Shown here piece by piece: positions 47,173 through 58,010 of a stretch of DNA of 64,000 nt. Origin of the DNA: Candidatus Hodarchaeota archaeon (GTDB lineage: Archaea; Asgardarchaeota; Heimdallarchaeia; Hodarchaeales; Hodarchaeaceae); assembly GCA_016840035.1 (NCBI GenBank), contig JAEOTC010000030.1, forward strand, positions 32,001-96,000. Reading direction: 5' to 3'. Every line of letters begins with the position of its first letter. The first letter of the stretch is position 1. The position numbers were made by a program, and so were the translations under genes. The notes under the pieces were generated by a model. That model was not told where the DNA came from, made no database searches, and saw nothing but the letters and a program-made list of their open reading frames with translations.

Positions 47173-48547
47173 ATTCTTTAAATCCAATTTTGAATATCGA
47201 GAAACCCTCTGTTTCATTAACATGAGGAAACAAACGCTGTGCGTTCGGAAATTTTGGACTTGGTGTACCTATGAATATTTCTTGGTCTTTCAGTTCAAAT
47301 TTTGGATTTTGTTTAAGAAATTTTTCAATTACATCTTCATTTTCCATCGGGAGGAGAGAGCATGTAGAATAAATTAGAAATGAAGAAGAATTTTCTCTCA
47401 ACATTATTGAAACATTTTTTAGGAGTGTCAGCTGAAGTTTATGTAACCATTTCACTTGATGACGATCAATTCTCCATTTAGAATCTGGGCGAGAGGAAAA
47501 AGTCCCTGATCCTGAACAGGGTGCATCTAGAAGTATTTTATCGAATACTATCTTGAATGGCCTTTCTAGTCTCATATCTAGTATGATGGGTTGTATACTT
47601 TTCAGGTTATACGTGTCTATTTTTCGAATTAATTCAGTCATTCTTCTTTTGTGATTATCTGTAGCAATAATATATCCTGAATCATGTTGTAGAGTAGCTA
47701 GATGTGTTGTTTTACCTCCTGGTGCAGCACAAGCATCGAGTATTACTTCTCCTTCCTTTGGATTGAGAATATGAGATATTAATGAGGAACCCATTGTTTG
47801 CATATAGTAGTAATCAGCTCTAAAGGAGTGTAGACGGGGTAAAGGTAGGTCAGTCGATACAACTTTTACCACATCATCCATGACAGGATCAAGTTCAACA
47901 GAGACCCCCTCCTCAGCTAATACTGAAACAATTGTATCTTTCCTAAATTTCAGAAGATTCAATCTAAGATATACTGGTAAAGTTTCATTATTTGCTTTCA
48001 AGATATTTTTAGTAAGTTCAGGACCATAAAATGCATTTAAATCACGTACCAACCAAGTAGGATGTGCAAACTCAACACCAAGCCGTTCTTCCTCATCATT
48101 AATTGATTCAAGGAGAGTTTCTAATTTCCAATCACGAAAATATACCTTCAGTGCTGAAAAAAGCTGTTTTGAATATTTTAAATCCAGTGAATGTAAAATT
48201 TTGGTATATGCTTGATCCCAATACTGCTCTTGGTGGCTTTCAGGGGCCAGAATTGCCAAGTAAATAACAATTCTTAGAATATTTCGAGTATTCTCTTTTA
48301 ATTTCTCGTTTAATTTATTTTGAATTTGCTGGTGGATTATTCGATTGCAGACATTTTGATATCGGACAGTTTCAAAAACTAACGCATGCACTTGTGAATA
48401 TGAGTGTCTATCATCATCTTTTGAGAAGTTTGAATACATCTTCATCGCATTTCTTAGTGAAACTTGCCTCTCCTCATAAAATGAAATAATTTTTGAGGCA
48501 ACTTCGATATTGTTGATGTATCGTTCCAGATTATCTTCATTATTCAA
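47165..48547 (-). CDS. RsmB/NOP2 family m5C RNA methyltransferase
   Basis: LDACAAPGGKT, LDAPCSGSG, YSTCSL...ENE. Confidence 0.94.
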   Translation of the reverse strand: MNNEDNLERYINNIEVASKIISFYEERQVSLRNAMKMYSNFSKDDDRHSYSQVHALVFETVRYQNVCNRIIHQQIQNKLNEKLKENTRNILRIVIYLAILAPESHQEQYWDQAYTKILHSLDLKYSKQLFSALKVYFRDWKLETLLESINDEEERLGVEFAHPTWLVRDLNAFYGPELTKNILKANNETLPVYLRLNLLKFRKDTIVSVLAEEGVSVELDPVMDDVVKVVSTDLPLPRLHSFRADYYYMQTMGSSLISHILNPKEGEVILDACAAPGGKTTHLATLQHDSGYIIATDNHKRRMTELIRKIDTYNLKSIQPIILDMRLERPFKIVFDKILLDAPCSGSGTFSSRPDSKWRIDRHQVKWLHKLQLTLLKNVSIMLRENSSSFLIYSTCSLLPMENEDVIEKFLKQNPKFELKDQEIFIGTPSPKFPNAQRLFPHVNETEGFSIFKIGFKEFN

Positions 48548-48578
48548 TGAATTTGTCCACCCCTAAAATTTTATCAAA

Positions 48579-49673
48579 TTATTCTCTCAGGATAATTCTA
48601 CCTTCATAAACTATCCCCCAAAAAGTATCCCCTTCTGATAAGCTTGCCAGTTCGGTTGAATCGACATATTGACTCTCAAAATTAGATAAATTCATAATTT
48701 GTGCCAAGTTCTCTGCTTTTTCAAAATGAACTACTTGAAATTCCTCAAAAGGTCTATCGAGTGGTTTTGGATCAAGTTCATCAAACGTTTTAACAGATAT
48801 TCGCCTAATTGTATTATTTATGACATCTAAACACGCTATTTTAAAATTAGAATAACCTTTTACCCTGAATACCTGGTTTTCAATTACAATATAATCCCCT
48901 TCTTGGTATTTTGGTAGAGCAATTAGAACAACTTGTTTCCTTGGATATTCTTTGGATTTCGATTTATCAAACCCTGCAAATTCAGTTGTAAGATGTAAAA
49001 GACCCCCTTTATCTCGCGCGAAGATTCTACCTATTGATTGGGCTGCAGATCTCGACCGAAACATAGCATCAAGTCCATTTTTAATTTGTATTAATCGGAA
49101 AAGGGGATTTTTCCCATCAGAAAGTGGAAAATCCTTACTTATCTTCTCTATCTCATCTCCCCATTGATCAATCACATCAGGATCAATTTCTTTCTGGGAT
49201 CTTACTTGTATTTTCGAAGTATACAAACCACTAGACCGGGTTTGACAATCAGAGCAGTCACCCCAATTTATATTTACCGAAAAATCCTCTGTAATAGTTA
49301 TTAATGGAACAAATACATCAGGACTGGCTGAAATAATTACATTCCCGTTAATTGATTCTAATTCATCATTTTCGTTGTATTCTTGAAGCATGTTTTGAAT
49401 TTCGATTTTTGTTGGTCGATAAAAGAATTTCCACTCTTGCTGAATAAAACTCGTAATTTTCGGAAAAATCTTAGGAGAATCTAAGTCATTAATAAAGAAT
49501 TTGGACCAATGGCCTTTAAATGCAAGAAGACCGCATGATAAACAGATAACTATTTCCAAATCGACTTTTTCTTTCAGGATTGGGTTCGATTCAAGATAAC
49601 ATGACTGACACAAATGCTGGAAAAATTCTTCGTCTACACCACAGACAATACAGGGCGGAGACATAAGCATCAC
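48579..49673 (-). CDS. nmd3: Nmd3 family ribosome maturation protein
   Basis: CIVCG..LCQSC, CLSCG, CSDC...SG.Y..KIQVR. Confidence 0.85.
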   Translation of the reverse strand: MMLMSPPCIVCGVDEEFFQHLCQSCYLESNPILKEKVDLEIVICLSCGLLAFKGHWSKFFINDLDSPKIFPKITSFIQQEWKFFYRPTKIEIQNMLQEYNENDELESINGNVIISASPDVFVPLITITEDFSVNINWGDCSDCQTRSSGLYTSKIQVRSQKEIDPDVIDQWGDEIEKISKDFPLSDGKNPLFRLIQIKNGLDAMFRSRSAAQSIGRIFARDKGGLLHLTTEFAGFDKSKSKEYPRKQVVLIALPKYQEGDYIVIENQVFRVKGYSNFKIACLDVINNTIRRISVKTFDELDPKPLDRPFEEFQVVHFEKAENLAQIMNLSNFESQYVDSTELASLSEGDTFWGIVYEGRIILRE

Positions 49674-49681
49674 TCAAAATA

Positions 49682-50044
49682 TTAAATTGGAGGAATTGAG
49701 AAAATAATCAGATGTGGTATCCTTTTTCCATCTTCACTATTAAACCAAAGAACGGCATCCTTATTGATAATATTCTTTTCTATCCCCAGATCCAAAACAG
49801 ATCCAAGAGCATTAATATTGGTGTATCTCCGCATTAAATCTAAAGCATCTGATTTGGAAATATAAGTACCTTTGTAAAATCCAAGTGGAACTTTCATTCT
49901 AGTGGTACTATTAGACAGCTCCTTTCCCAGAAGGGCTTCATCACAAATAGCAAGAATTTCAGTTTTATCCTTACGATGAATCTTAAAAAGAACACGTTCA
50001 GAACGGTGCTTACTTGACTGCTCCACGGGCACCACAAGCTTCAC
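49682..50044 (-). CDS. DUF424 family protein
   Basis: LAICDE.LLGK...FYKG; typical neighbour of aIF2beta/nmd3. Confidence 0.85.
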   Translation of the reverse strand: MKLVVPVEQSSKHRSERVLFKIHRKDKTEILAICDEALLGKELSNSTTRMKVPLGFYKGTYISKSDALDLMRRYTNINALGSVLDLGIEKNIINKDAVLWFNSEDGKRIPHLIIFSIPPI

Positions 50045-50426
50045 AAACTTTAATTAGAATTCGTCCTTCTCTGACGAGTTTAGTATCTGGTTTTCCACAT
50101 TCTTCACATAATACAAATTCTTTCACATAAGCAGTAAGCTCCCGATTTATCATGGTTCGGGAGAATTTTCCTTGGAGATACAACCGACCTCGTTCTTCAG
50201 TTGCTGAAGTGGCAAATTCTCCAGCTAAATGTTTCGCAAGATGATCGGCGTCGTTTTCACGATTCAATATTTTTAGAATTCGATTCCAATCGGTGATCCA
50301 GGTTCTATTCCCTTCTTGAAAGATATCACCTTGTGGAATCTCAAAACGAGACTTTTCAAATACATGTGCGGGAAGATTTTCACGTGCCCGTTTTAAACTA
50401 GCAAGATAGTCTTTTTCAGATGTCAA
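50010..50426 (-). CDS. eif2b: Translation initiation factor aIF2 beta
   Basis: RFEIP, EGNRT, YVKEFVLCEECGKPDT, CEACGA. Confidence 0.95.
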   Translation of the reverse strand: MTSEKDYLASLKRARENLPAHVFEKSRFEIPQGDIFQEGNRTWITDWNRILKILNRENDADHLAKHLAGEFATSATEERGRLYLQGKFSRTMINRELTAYVKEFVLCEECGKPDTKLVREGRILIKVCEACGARGAVK

Positions 50427-50818
50427 GATTAATACTTTCCTTGAAATAGGCAGGCAACATTACTTATGTCAAACCTTAGTTACTGGAAGGGATTCTTTTA
50501 TGTAAAAGATGATTCTAGTATTATTTTTTTCCTATTCCTTCTATGTTACTATTTTTGGAAATGAGTATTTTTTTGTTATTATCTAATATATTTTTTTTCC
50601 AAAATAATTGCGAAGATCGTTTACTAAATTCAGTCCTATTGAGGGAGATATAGTTGTGACATGAAATACATTTTTTAACCCAAAATCAACTAATTTTAAG
50701 ACAATATATGTCAATATTCGGTGAACAATGGGCATTTATGCCTGAACTGTAAATAAAAAGATGAATAGAATTATCCTTTCCCCATCTTTAAACTAAAGAA
50801 GAAATGAGTATTTGATAT

Positions 50819-51595
50819 ATGAGACGTAGAAAAGAAAATCGCTGGGTTTTCGAGCTCATCAAAATAAGTGATGTAATTTTAGAGGTTGTAGATGGAAGGT
50901 TCCCTCATCTGACTAGAGTTTCATCCATTGAAAAACATATATCTAATTTAGGATGCCCCCTGATCATTGTGCTTAACAAATGTGACCTTATCCCTAGAGA
51001 AATCTGTGAATATAATAAACAGATCTTGAGTAAGGAATTCCCTACCGTATATATATCTGCTCAGAATAGACTAGGAACTAAAAAGTTAAGACAACAGATT
51101 TCACGCCTGTCTCCGAAAAGAGAAACAGTTATATCAATAGTAGGTGTTCCCAATACTGGGAAAAGCAGCTTATTGAACATTTTAAGAGGGAAACATGTAG
51201 CACCAACAGGTCAAAAGCCAGGTGTGACACGTCATAAACAAATAGTAAGAATTTCAAACAGAATCTTAATCTATGATTCGCCAGGAGTAGTACCGTTTGA
51301 TCATCCAGACATAAATCTGCAGGCGTTTCTAGGAGCATATGAGATAAGTAATCTGCCAGATCCAATTGATACTGTAAATTATTTTTTGGATCGAATAAAA
51401 ACAAATAATTTTCAAGGATTGAAGGATAGGTACAAACTTCCCTCAGAGAACGAAAGTAATGATGAAATCATTACTCACATCGCACGAAAACGAGGACTCA
51501 TACTGAAAGGTGGAAAGTTGAACTTGGTAGAGGCCGCAAAAGTGATTATGCGAGAGTTTTCAGCAGGAAAGATTCCATATTGGGAAAAAGTCTAA
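50819..51595 (+). CDS. Circularly permuted ribosome-biogenesis GTPase (YlqF/RbgA/Lsg1-like)
   Basis: G4-G1-G3 order: LNKCD, GVPNTGKSS, YDSPG. Confidence 0.92.
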   Translation: MRRRKENRWVFELIKISDVILEVVDGRFPHLTRVSSIEKHISNLGCPLIIVLNKCDLIPREICEYNKQILSKEFPTVYISAQNRLGTKKLRQQISRLSPKRETVISIVGVPNTGKSSLLNILRGKHVAPTGQKPGVTRHKQIVRISNRILIYDSPGVVPFDHPDINLQAFLGAYEISNLPDPIDTVNYFLDRIKTNNFQGLKDRYKLPSENESNDEIITHIARKRGLILKGGKLNLVEAAKVIMREFSAGKIPYWEKV

Positions 51596-51826
51596 AAAAT
51601 CGAGACACTGAAAGAAATCTTAGAATTTCTGATGATTTTCAAGGTATTCTGTTCAAACAGAAGATATTTTTTAAATAATTTAAGGAAATTGCTTCTTAAG
51701 TAGTTTAATGAGATGCTTAAACTCAAACAAATACTAGTTTATGTAACACCCTCATTCAAAGATGAAAAATTGATTGAATTCCCTCTGAAATAATCACCTT
51801 AAAACAAATCAAGTATGGTATGAAAA

Positions 51827-53386
51827 ATGAGTATCGATAAAGATTTAAAACAATTTCTTGAAAAGATAACAGCTTTTGCAAGTAGAACAGGAATTGCTTA
51901 CCGCACCGGTGATATTTATGGAGGTTTGGCTGGATTTTGGGATTATGGGCCTATAGGTGTAGAAATTAAAAACCGGATTAAGGATACATGGTGGACTGAT
52001 TTCGTTAGAAATCGTGATGATATTGTTGGATATGATGGAGCAATTATTACACATCCCAAGGTATGGGAAGCTTCTGGTCATCTATCAAGTTTTACAGATC
52101 CCCTAATATTTTGTCAAGGTAAATGCAAGAAGAAGCACAGACTCGATCACTTATTAGAAGATAACTTAAAAATTCATACAGAGAATCTGGATCTTGAAGG
52201 AATGGGGGATCTTGTCATTAAGGAGGAGCTTTCCTGTCCAGAATGTGGGGGGAAATTGGGAAAACCAATAACGTTCAATTTAATGTTTAATACTCAAGTT
52301 GGACCTGTCCAAGATTCTGCTTCGACAGCTTATCTTCGTCCAGAAAACGCTCAATTGATTTTTTCTGGTTTCAGGAACGTAATAGACTCAACTCGCGTAA
52401 AAATGCCATTTGGTATTGCTCAATCGGGAATTGTTTTCAGAAATGAAATTTCTCCCCGAAATTTTCTGTTTAGAGTTCGTGAATATGAGTTAATGGAGTT
52501 TGAATATTTCACTGATCCCCAAAAGACAAACGAATGTCCCGTATTTGATGATGTTGCACATAATATGGTAAATATCCATTCTAGAACAGATCAAGAAACG
52601 GAAGATGCAGTGGATTATACCTCAATGACTATCGGAGATGCTTGGGAGAAAAAGATTTTCAAAAATAAATGGCAAGCATATTGGATGGTGATATCTAACG
52701 AATGGTTTATTCATAAAATGGGAATAAATCCTGATAAATTACGATTCAGACAACATCTAGAATCAGAATTAAGCCATTATGCCTTAGATACTTGGGATAT
52801 TGAGTATCAGTATAAATTTGGATGGAAAGAGCTGATGGGTTGCGCTAACAGAACTCAATATGATTTAGAGCAACATCAAAAGCATTCAAAGGCAAAACTA
52901 CAGTTTAGTGAAACCGATAAATCAGGTGTTAATAGATTTGTACCTTACGTTGTTGCAGAACCATCTGTGGGTCTTGGGCGTATTTTATTAACAGTAATTG
53001 CTGATGGTTATCAAGAAGAAACCGTGAAAGATCGAAAACGAGTAGTTCTCAAGATTCATCCTAGACTAGCCCCCTACGATGTGGCTGTATTCCCTCTTCA
53101 GAAAAAACCTCAGATTATCTCAAAAGCACAAGAAATTTTCAAATATTTAAGAACAGAAGGGTTTATTGTTAATTTTGATGATGGTGGATCAATTGGGAAA
53201 AGATATCGAAGACATGATGAGATTGGTACACCTTTCTGTGTCACGGTTGATTTTGAGACTCTTGAAGATGAAAAGATCACAATTCGACATAGAGACACCA
53301 TGGAGCAAACAAGATTACCTATTAAAGGGCTTGTCGAAGAGCTAAAGAATTTAGGTAGTAATTATTTAGCAGCAAAAAGAATTTAA
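51827..53386 (+). CDS. glyS: Glycine--tRNA ligase (archaeal/eukaryotic type)
   Basis: WEASGH, YLRPE.AQ, FRNEISPR, EPSVGLGR, GSIGKRYRRHDEIGTP. Confidence 0.96.
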   Translation: MSIDKDLKQFLEKITAFASRTGIAYRTGDIYGGLAGFWDYGPIGVEIKNRIKDTWWTDFVRNRDDIVGYDGAIITHPKVWEASGHLSSFTDPLIFCQGKCKKKHRLDHLLEDNLKIHTENLDLEGMGDLVIKEELSCPECGGKLGKPITFNLMFNTQVGPVQDSASTAYLRPENAQLIFSGFRNVIDSTRVKMPFGIAQSGIVFRNEISPRNFLFRVREYELMEFEYFTDPQKTNECPVFDDVAHNMVNIHSRTDQETEDAVDYTSMTIGDAWEKKIFKNKWQAYWMVISNEWFIHKMGINPDKLRFRQHLESELSHYALDTWDIEYQYKFGWKELMGCANRTQYDLEQHQKHSKAKLQFSETDKSGVNRFVPYVVAEPSVGLGRILLTVIADGYQEETVKDRKRVVLKIHPRLAPYDVAVFPLQKKPQIISKAQEIFKYLRTEGFIVNFDDGGSIGKRYRRHDEIGTPFCVTVDFETLEDEKITIRHRDTMEQTRLPIKGLVEELKNLGSNYLAAKRI

Positions 53387-53433
53387 TTTACTACTAACTC
53401 ATTTGGTTATAGGATAAAAGAAGTGTATGGATT

Positions 53434-54864
53434 ATGATTGAAGAATCTCCCTCCTCCGTTATCACATATTCCACAGTATCATCAATAGCAGGGCCTTTAT
53501 TATTTGTAAAAAATATTAAAGGAGTAGCTTATGGTGAAATTGTGCACGTCCTTACCCCAGATGGGGAAAAACGGACTGGACAAGTTCTAGAAGCAGCAGA
53601 AGATATCGCAGTTGTGCAAGTTTTCGAAGGAACACAGGGACTTGATACACGTAAAACTTCTGTACGGTTTTTGGGAGAAACAATTAAAATCGCAGTCTCT
53701 CAAGATATGCTTGGCCGTATCTTTTCTGGGAGTGGTAAAGCTATCGATGCAGGACCGCAAATATTCGCAGAAGAGCGTTTAGATATAACTGGAGCCCCAA
53801 TAAATCCATATTCTCGCGAATATCCAAGAGAATTTATACAAACTGGAATTTCATCAATTGATGGACTCAATACTTTGATTAGGGGGCAAAAATTACCAAT
53901 CTTCTCTGGAAGTGGGTTGCCCCATAATAATATCGCAGCGCAGATTGCTCGTCAATCCAAAGTTCTTGGGAAGGAAGAAGAATTTGCGGTAATATTTGCA
54001 GCAATGGGAATAACTACTGAAGAAGCTCGATTTTTTAGGGAAGATTTCGAAAAAACTGGTGCTCTTGAACGTGTTATTCTTTTCTTAAATCTTGCAGACT
54101 CCCCAGCAGCAGAGCGATTGATTACGCCACGAATCGCACTTTCCGTTGCAGAATATTTAGCCTTTGAATATGATTATCATTGCTTAGTTATCCTTACAGA
54201 TATGACAAATTATGCAGAGGCCTTACGTGAAATCTCCGCAGCCCGTGAAGAGGTTCCTGGACGTCGTGGATATCCTGGATATTTATACACAGACCTGGCA
54301 ACCATATATGAAAGAGCAGGAAGAATCAAAGGCCATACTGGAACAATAACACAACTCCCCATCCTTTCAATGCCGTCAGATGATATAACTCATCCGATTC
54401 CAGACCTTTCGGGCTATATTACGGAAGGACAATTAATTGTAGATCGTGATTTAAATCGAAGGGGAATCTACCCTCCCATTGACCCGATGCCTAGTCTTAG
54501 TCGGCTTATGCGTGAGGGAATTGGAAGAGGTAGGACTCATGTATGCCATAAACCAGTAGCAGACCAAATGTTTGCTGGTTATTCACTTGGTAGGAATTTA
54601 AGAGACCTCGTTGCAGTAGTTGGGGAAGAAAGCTTGAGTTCAACAGACAAGAAATACTTAAAATTCGCTGATAGGTTTGAAAGTGAGTTTTTGCGTCAAG
54701 GTTATTATGAGAGTCGTGAAATCTTTGATACACTAGAGCTAGCATGGAATCTCCTTTCTGATCTCCCAGAGGAGGAATTAAAACGAATCCCTCCCAGACT
54801 TTTAGAGAAATACCATCCAAAATATCGTACAAGTAAGCTTGCAATTGATGATCCAGAACCTTAA
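53434..54864 (+). CDS. atpB: V/A-type ATP synthase subunit B
   Basis: [38 protein letters not shown]. Confidence 0.96.
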   Translation: MIEESPSSVITYSTVSSIAGPLLFVKNIKGVAYGEIVHVLTPDGEKRTGQVLEAAEDIAVVQVFEGTQGLDTRKTSVRFLGETIKIAVSQDMLGRIFSGSGKAIDAGPQIFAEERLDITGAPINPYSREYPREFIQTGISSIDGLNTLIRGQKLPIFSGSGLPHNNIAAQIARQSKVLGKEEEFAVIFAAMGITTEEARFFREDFEKTGALERVILFLNLADSPAAERLITPRIALSVAEYLAFEYDYHCLVILTDMTNYAEALREISAAREEVPGRRGYPGYLYTDLATIYERAGRIKGHTGTITQLPILSMPSDDITHPIPDLSGYITEGQLIVDRDLNRRGIYPPIDPMPSLSRLMREGIGRGRTHVCHKPVADQMFAGYSLGRNLRDLVAVVGEESLSSTDKKYLKFADRFESEFLRQGYYESREIFDTLELAWNLLSDLPEEELKRIPPRLLEKYHPKYRTSKLAIDDPEP

Positions 54865-55092
54865 AGAGAAGAGCTCTCTCATTGACATAGGTATGGATGA
54901 ATTTATTCTAAATACAAATTTTAAAAATGAATAGGATCTCTAGAAACATACCCAAAATATTTACACAATAAAGTACTTACAATGTATTCGGTCGAAATAT
55001 CTTTGAATAATTGAGAATTATATTTAAGTCGAGGAATATAGGAATTATAATGATGCAGTGACTTGCGACAAAGAAAGTAGGGTGAAGAACAA

Positions 55093-56340
55093 ATGGCTAT
55101 TTGGAAGGTTCGTTTCGCTTTAGGGGCTGGTCAGGAGGAGGAAATCGATTTATCCGACGTTGAGGATCTAGTTGATTGGGATCCTGAATTTCAGGGAAAA
55201 TTAATATCAAGTTTTTTCGATACAGACTATCATTGGTTGCTTGCACTGAAAACAGTCATTCGTGAAGATGTTGAATTTCCATCAAAGAATTTTCTATTGA
55301 TAGTCGGTAGAAAATGGGGAGAAGATAAGAAAAAAACAGTACCTCTTGGAGTTCTATTCGAGTTTTCTGAAGGAGATCTTAAACTTCGTGCTGTTGGTCC
55401 TCAGAGTTTAGCAGCTCAAGCTGGAGGAGATAACAACCTTCTCCTAGATCTAGTTAATGAATTATTTGATTTCCCTCAAAAATGGCGGAGTAAGAGTGTG
55501 ATCTGTGGAATTTCAAAAGCAGAATGGAGTAAAATTGCTGATATCATTGGAGAGGAACCTTGGCGACTCATTGATTCAGGAAGAAGACTTCTATCTACAG
55601 ACCCTAGGAAAGCAATATCCGACTTTCAAAAGGCTTATCAGATTTTCTCAATTTTAGCAGATCTGAACGGTCAATTTCATGCCATGTTTGCACAGCTAGA
55701 AGTAGCCTTAGATTCAAAAAACTACACCCTGGCAAAAGAGCATTTAGAAATTGTTAGACAATATTCTTTGGAGCTAGGGAATCCTATGCTTGAAGAGAAT
55801 GTCTTTTCAACTGAAGGTATTATTCTCTATGAAGAAGATAATTTTCAACAAGCTGTTTCGGTTTTTGAAAACGCATTAGAGAAAGCAAAAAAAGCTAATA
55901 TGCATTCACATGTTGTAAATGCTCATTTAAATATTGGTGAATGCTACTATCGATTAGCCAATTATGATGGCGCCCTTAAGAATTTTGACATTGCACGAGG
56001 ATATGCAGAAGAGCGTAATGATAAGCTTAATTTGGCTGTTTCCCAGATAAATATTGCAAAAGTCTTATGTCAGAATTTAAAGATGGGAGATGTTTCTAGT
56101 GATGTTCAAGCTACTCATTATTTAACTGAAGCTAAAGAGTACTTTGAAAAAGCCGGTGATAATAGAAACCTAATGCTAGCTTACCAAATATTCGGAAATC
56201 TTGAAGATTCGAAACAAAACTTCGATTCCGCCATGCTATACTATGAGCAGGCAGCAGAAATTGCTCAAAACCTGAATAACGATGTTCTTCACGATTTCTA
56301 TTTTCAGAAGTCTCAGGCAATGAGAAGTAATTTGTATTAA
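55093..56340 (+). CDS. Tetratricopeptide-repeat protein with uncharacterised N-terminal alpha/beta domain
   Basis: About 5 TPR-like units (e.g. AHLNIGECYYRLANYDGALKNF). Confidence 0.85.
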   Translation: MAIWKVRFALGAGQEEEIDLSDVEDLVDWDPEFQGKLISSFFDTDYHWLLALKTVIREDVEFPSKNFLLIVGRKWGEDKKKTVPLGVLFEFSEGDLKLRAVGPQSLAAQAGGDNNLLLDLVNELFDFPQKWRSKSVICGISKAEWSKIADIIGEEPWRLIDSGRRLLSTDPRKAISDFQKAYQIFSILADLNGQFHAMFAQLEVALDSKNYTLAKEHLEIVRQYSLELGNPMLEENVFSTEGIILYEEDNFQQAVSVFENALEKAKKANMHSHVVNAHLNIGECYYRLANYDGALKNFDIARGYAEERNDKLNLAVSQINIAKVLCQNLKMGDVSSDVQATHYLTEAKEYFEKAGDNRNLMLAYQIFGNLEDSKQNFDSAMLYYEQAAEIAQNLNNDVLHDFYFQKSQAMRSNLY

Positions 56341-56342
56341 TA

Positions 56343-56360
56343 TTTTCCTTTTTTTTTTTC
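56343..56360 (+). terminator. Putative oligo-U terminator
   Basis: TTTTCC followed by a long T run immediately after the TPR gene stop. Confidence 0.45.
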
Positions 56361-56417
56361 TAGTTATTAAGCTAGAATCTGTAAAGTACTAATAGAAAGA
56401 GAAGAATCTATTCCTGA

Positions 56418-56870
56418 TTAACCTAGGATCTCGCCAATCTTCTTTGCGGCTTGTTTCATATCGAGGAATATCAACCCTAGTTTAACCGATCTGTTTGCTG
56501 AGGCTGTTAACACTGCTTTTGTGCCAGATTGAACTGAAATTAAATAACCATCCTTTCCTTCAACTAGAATGCGGTTCATTTCCCCCTTCCCTGTTTCCAT
56601 GACAGCTCTTTCCCCTAAACTGAGTATTGCTGCAGTCATCGCTGCAATTCGCACATCATCCAAATCACCTGGCAGTTTAGGTGGCCAAGAAGAAATAGGA
56701 AGTCCTTCAAGACTAACAACGCTTGCAAAGTCTATGGCTGGCAATTTACTAACAAATGCTTCCAAGACTTCAACTATTTCTTTATGCATTTGTAGATCTG
56801 CATCACTATCGGGAATGTACATTCTTACACCCATGTAAACAAAATTCCGCACATATCTTTGCTTAGACAT
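56418..56870 (-). CDS. Roadblock/LC7 (MglB-like) protein
   Basis: VVSLEGLPISS...IAAMTAAILSLGER...LGLIFLDM. Confidence 0.92.
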   Translation of the reverse strand: MSKQRYVRNFVYMGVRMYIPDSDADLQMHKEIVEVLEAFVSKLPAIDFASVVSLEGLPISSWPPKLPGDLDDVRIAAMTAAILSLGERAVMETGKGEMNRILVEGKDGYLISVQSGTKAVLTASANRSVKLGLIFLDMKQAAKKIGEILG

Positions 56871-57114
56871 GTGAATTTAAGCTACTCTCCTATAAATATA
56901 TTTCTAATTCCGAGATTTTTCCGAAAGAGAAGGTGTACAAGGAGAATAATCCTACTAACATCATTCTTTCCACTCAAAGTAATATAAGATGCTAATATGT
57001 AGATATTACGAGGAAAAATTCACTCTATTGGCTTAAAACAAATTAGATGAATCGAGAGAAGTGGATAGCAAAAATATTTGATTTGCTTCCAAAATCGCTG
57101 TAGAATAAGAGGTT

Positions 57115-57390
57115 TTGAAATTCATGCCAAATGTACATCGACTAAACCTGCGTAATATCCGATCATCGCCTTCAAGTCTCCAAGTAGGTAAAAAAGGTCT
57201 CTCTGAATCCTTCCTTATTGAACTTGAGACCAGGTTAAAGAAGGAAAAGACTGTAAAAATCAAATTTCTGAAAAATTCTCCTTTCAGTTCGCGTCAAGAA
57301 GCCATATCTTCTCTAAGTTTAGTATTAGAAGGTAAAATTAGAGTTCTAGAAACACGAGGGTGGACAGCTATCGTACAAAAACAGAGCTAA
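57115..57390 (+). CDS. yhbY: YhbY/CRM RNA-binding protein
   Basis: LQVGKKGL.E..L.EL...LKK...VKIKFL; RG.T. Confidence 0.8.
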   Translation: MKFMPNVHRLNLRNIRSSPSSLQVGKKGLSESFLIELETRLKKEKTVKIKFLKNSPFSSRQEAISSLSLVLEGKIRVLETRGWTAIVQKQS

Positions 57391-57968
57391 CCACTCTGAG
57401 ATGTTTTTGTACCATAAAGTTGTATCATTAAGATTTCACGGGCTAGAGATTGAAAGGCACGTTTTATTCCAATTCCTGTTGTTGCTACTGTTTCATATAT
57501 GGGGAATTTTGATAGGCTTAATTTTTCGACTAGTTCGGATCGTGTTAAAGCATTTTCAACATCGCGCTTATTTAATGTGATCACTAGAGGAATTGTAGTC
57601 CCCAATTCCTCCCCTAAATGGCCTGTTAATTCCTCAAAGGATTCAAGATTCTCTTGGATTTGATCTGATGAAGAATCCACAACAAATAATATCCCATCCA
57701 CTCCCTGAATTACGATTTTGCGTTGATGTTTATGCCTTTCTTGACCCGCAGTTGTATAAACATCAAATACTACTCCTGTTGTAGCTTGCATGGGTGCAAA
57801 GTCAAAGAAAAGAGTCCGGCCATGGGGATCTGCTAATTGAGTGAATTTTCCTTTTTCGAGCCCATCAACTTTATGATAAAGCCAACCAAGAGTTGTAGTC
57901 TTTCCACAAAGAGAAGGGCCATAAAATACTATTTTAAATCTGTGACGACCTTCTGCGTCTTTTCGCAA
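57387..57968 (-). CDS. Small Ras-superfamily GTPase, MglA-like
   Basis: KIVFYGPSLCGKTT, RTLFFDF, TTAGQ, GVDGILFVVDS, LNKRD, ETVA. Confidence 0.9.
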   Translation of the reverse strand: MRKDAEGRHRFKIVFYGPSLCGKTTTLGWLYHKVDGLEKGKFTQLADPHGRTLFFDFAPMQATTGVVFDVYTTAGQERHKHQRKIVIQGVDGILFVVDSSSDQIQENLESFEELTGHLGEELGTTIPLVITLNKRDVENALTRSELVEKLSLSKFPIYETVATTGIGIKRAFQSLAREILMIQLYGTKTSQSG

Positions 57969-58010
57969 TTAGCTTGGCTCCTTCGTTAACTAGGAGGTTA
58001 AGAGTATTGA

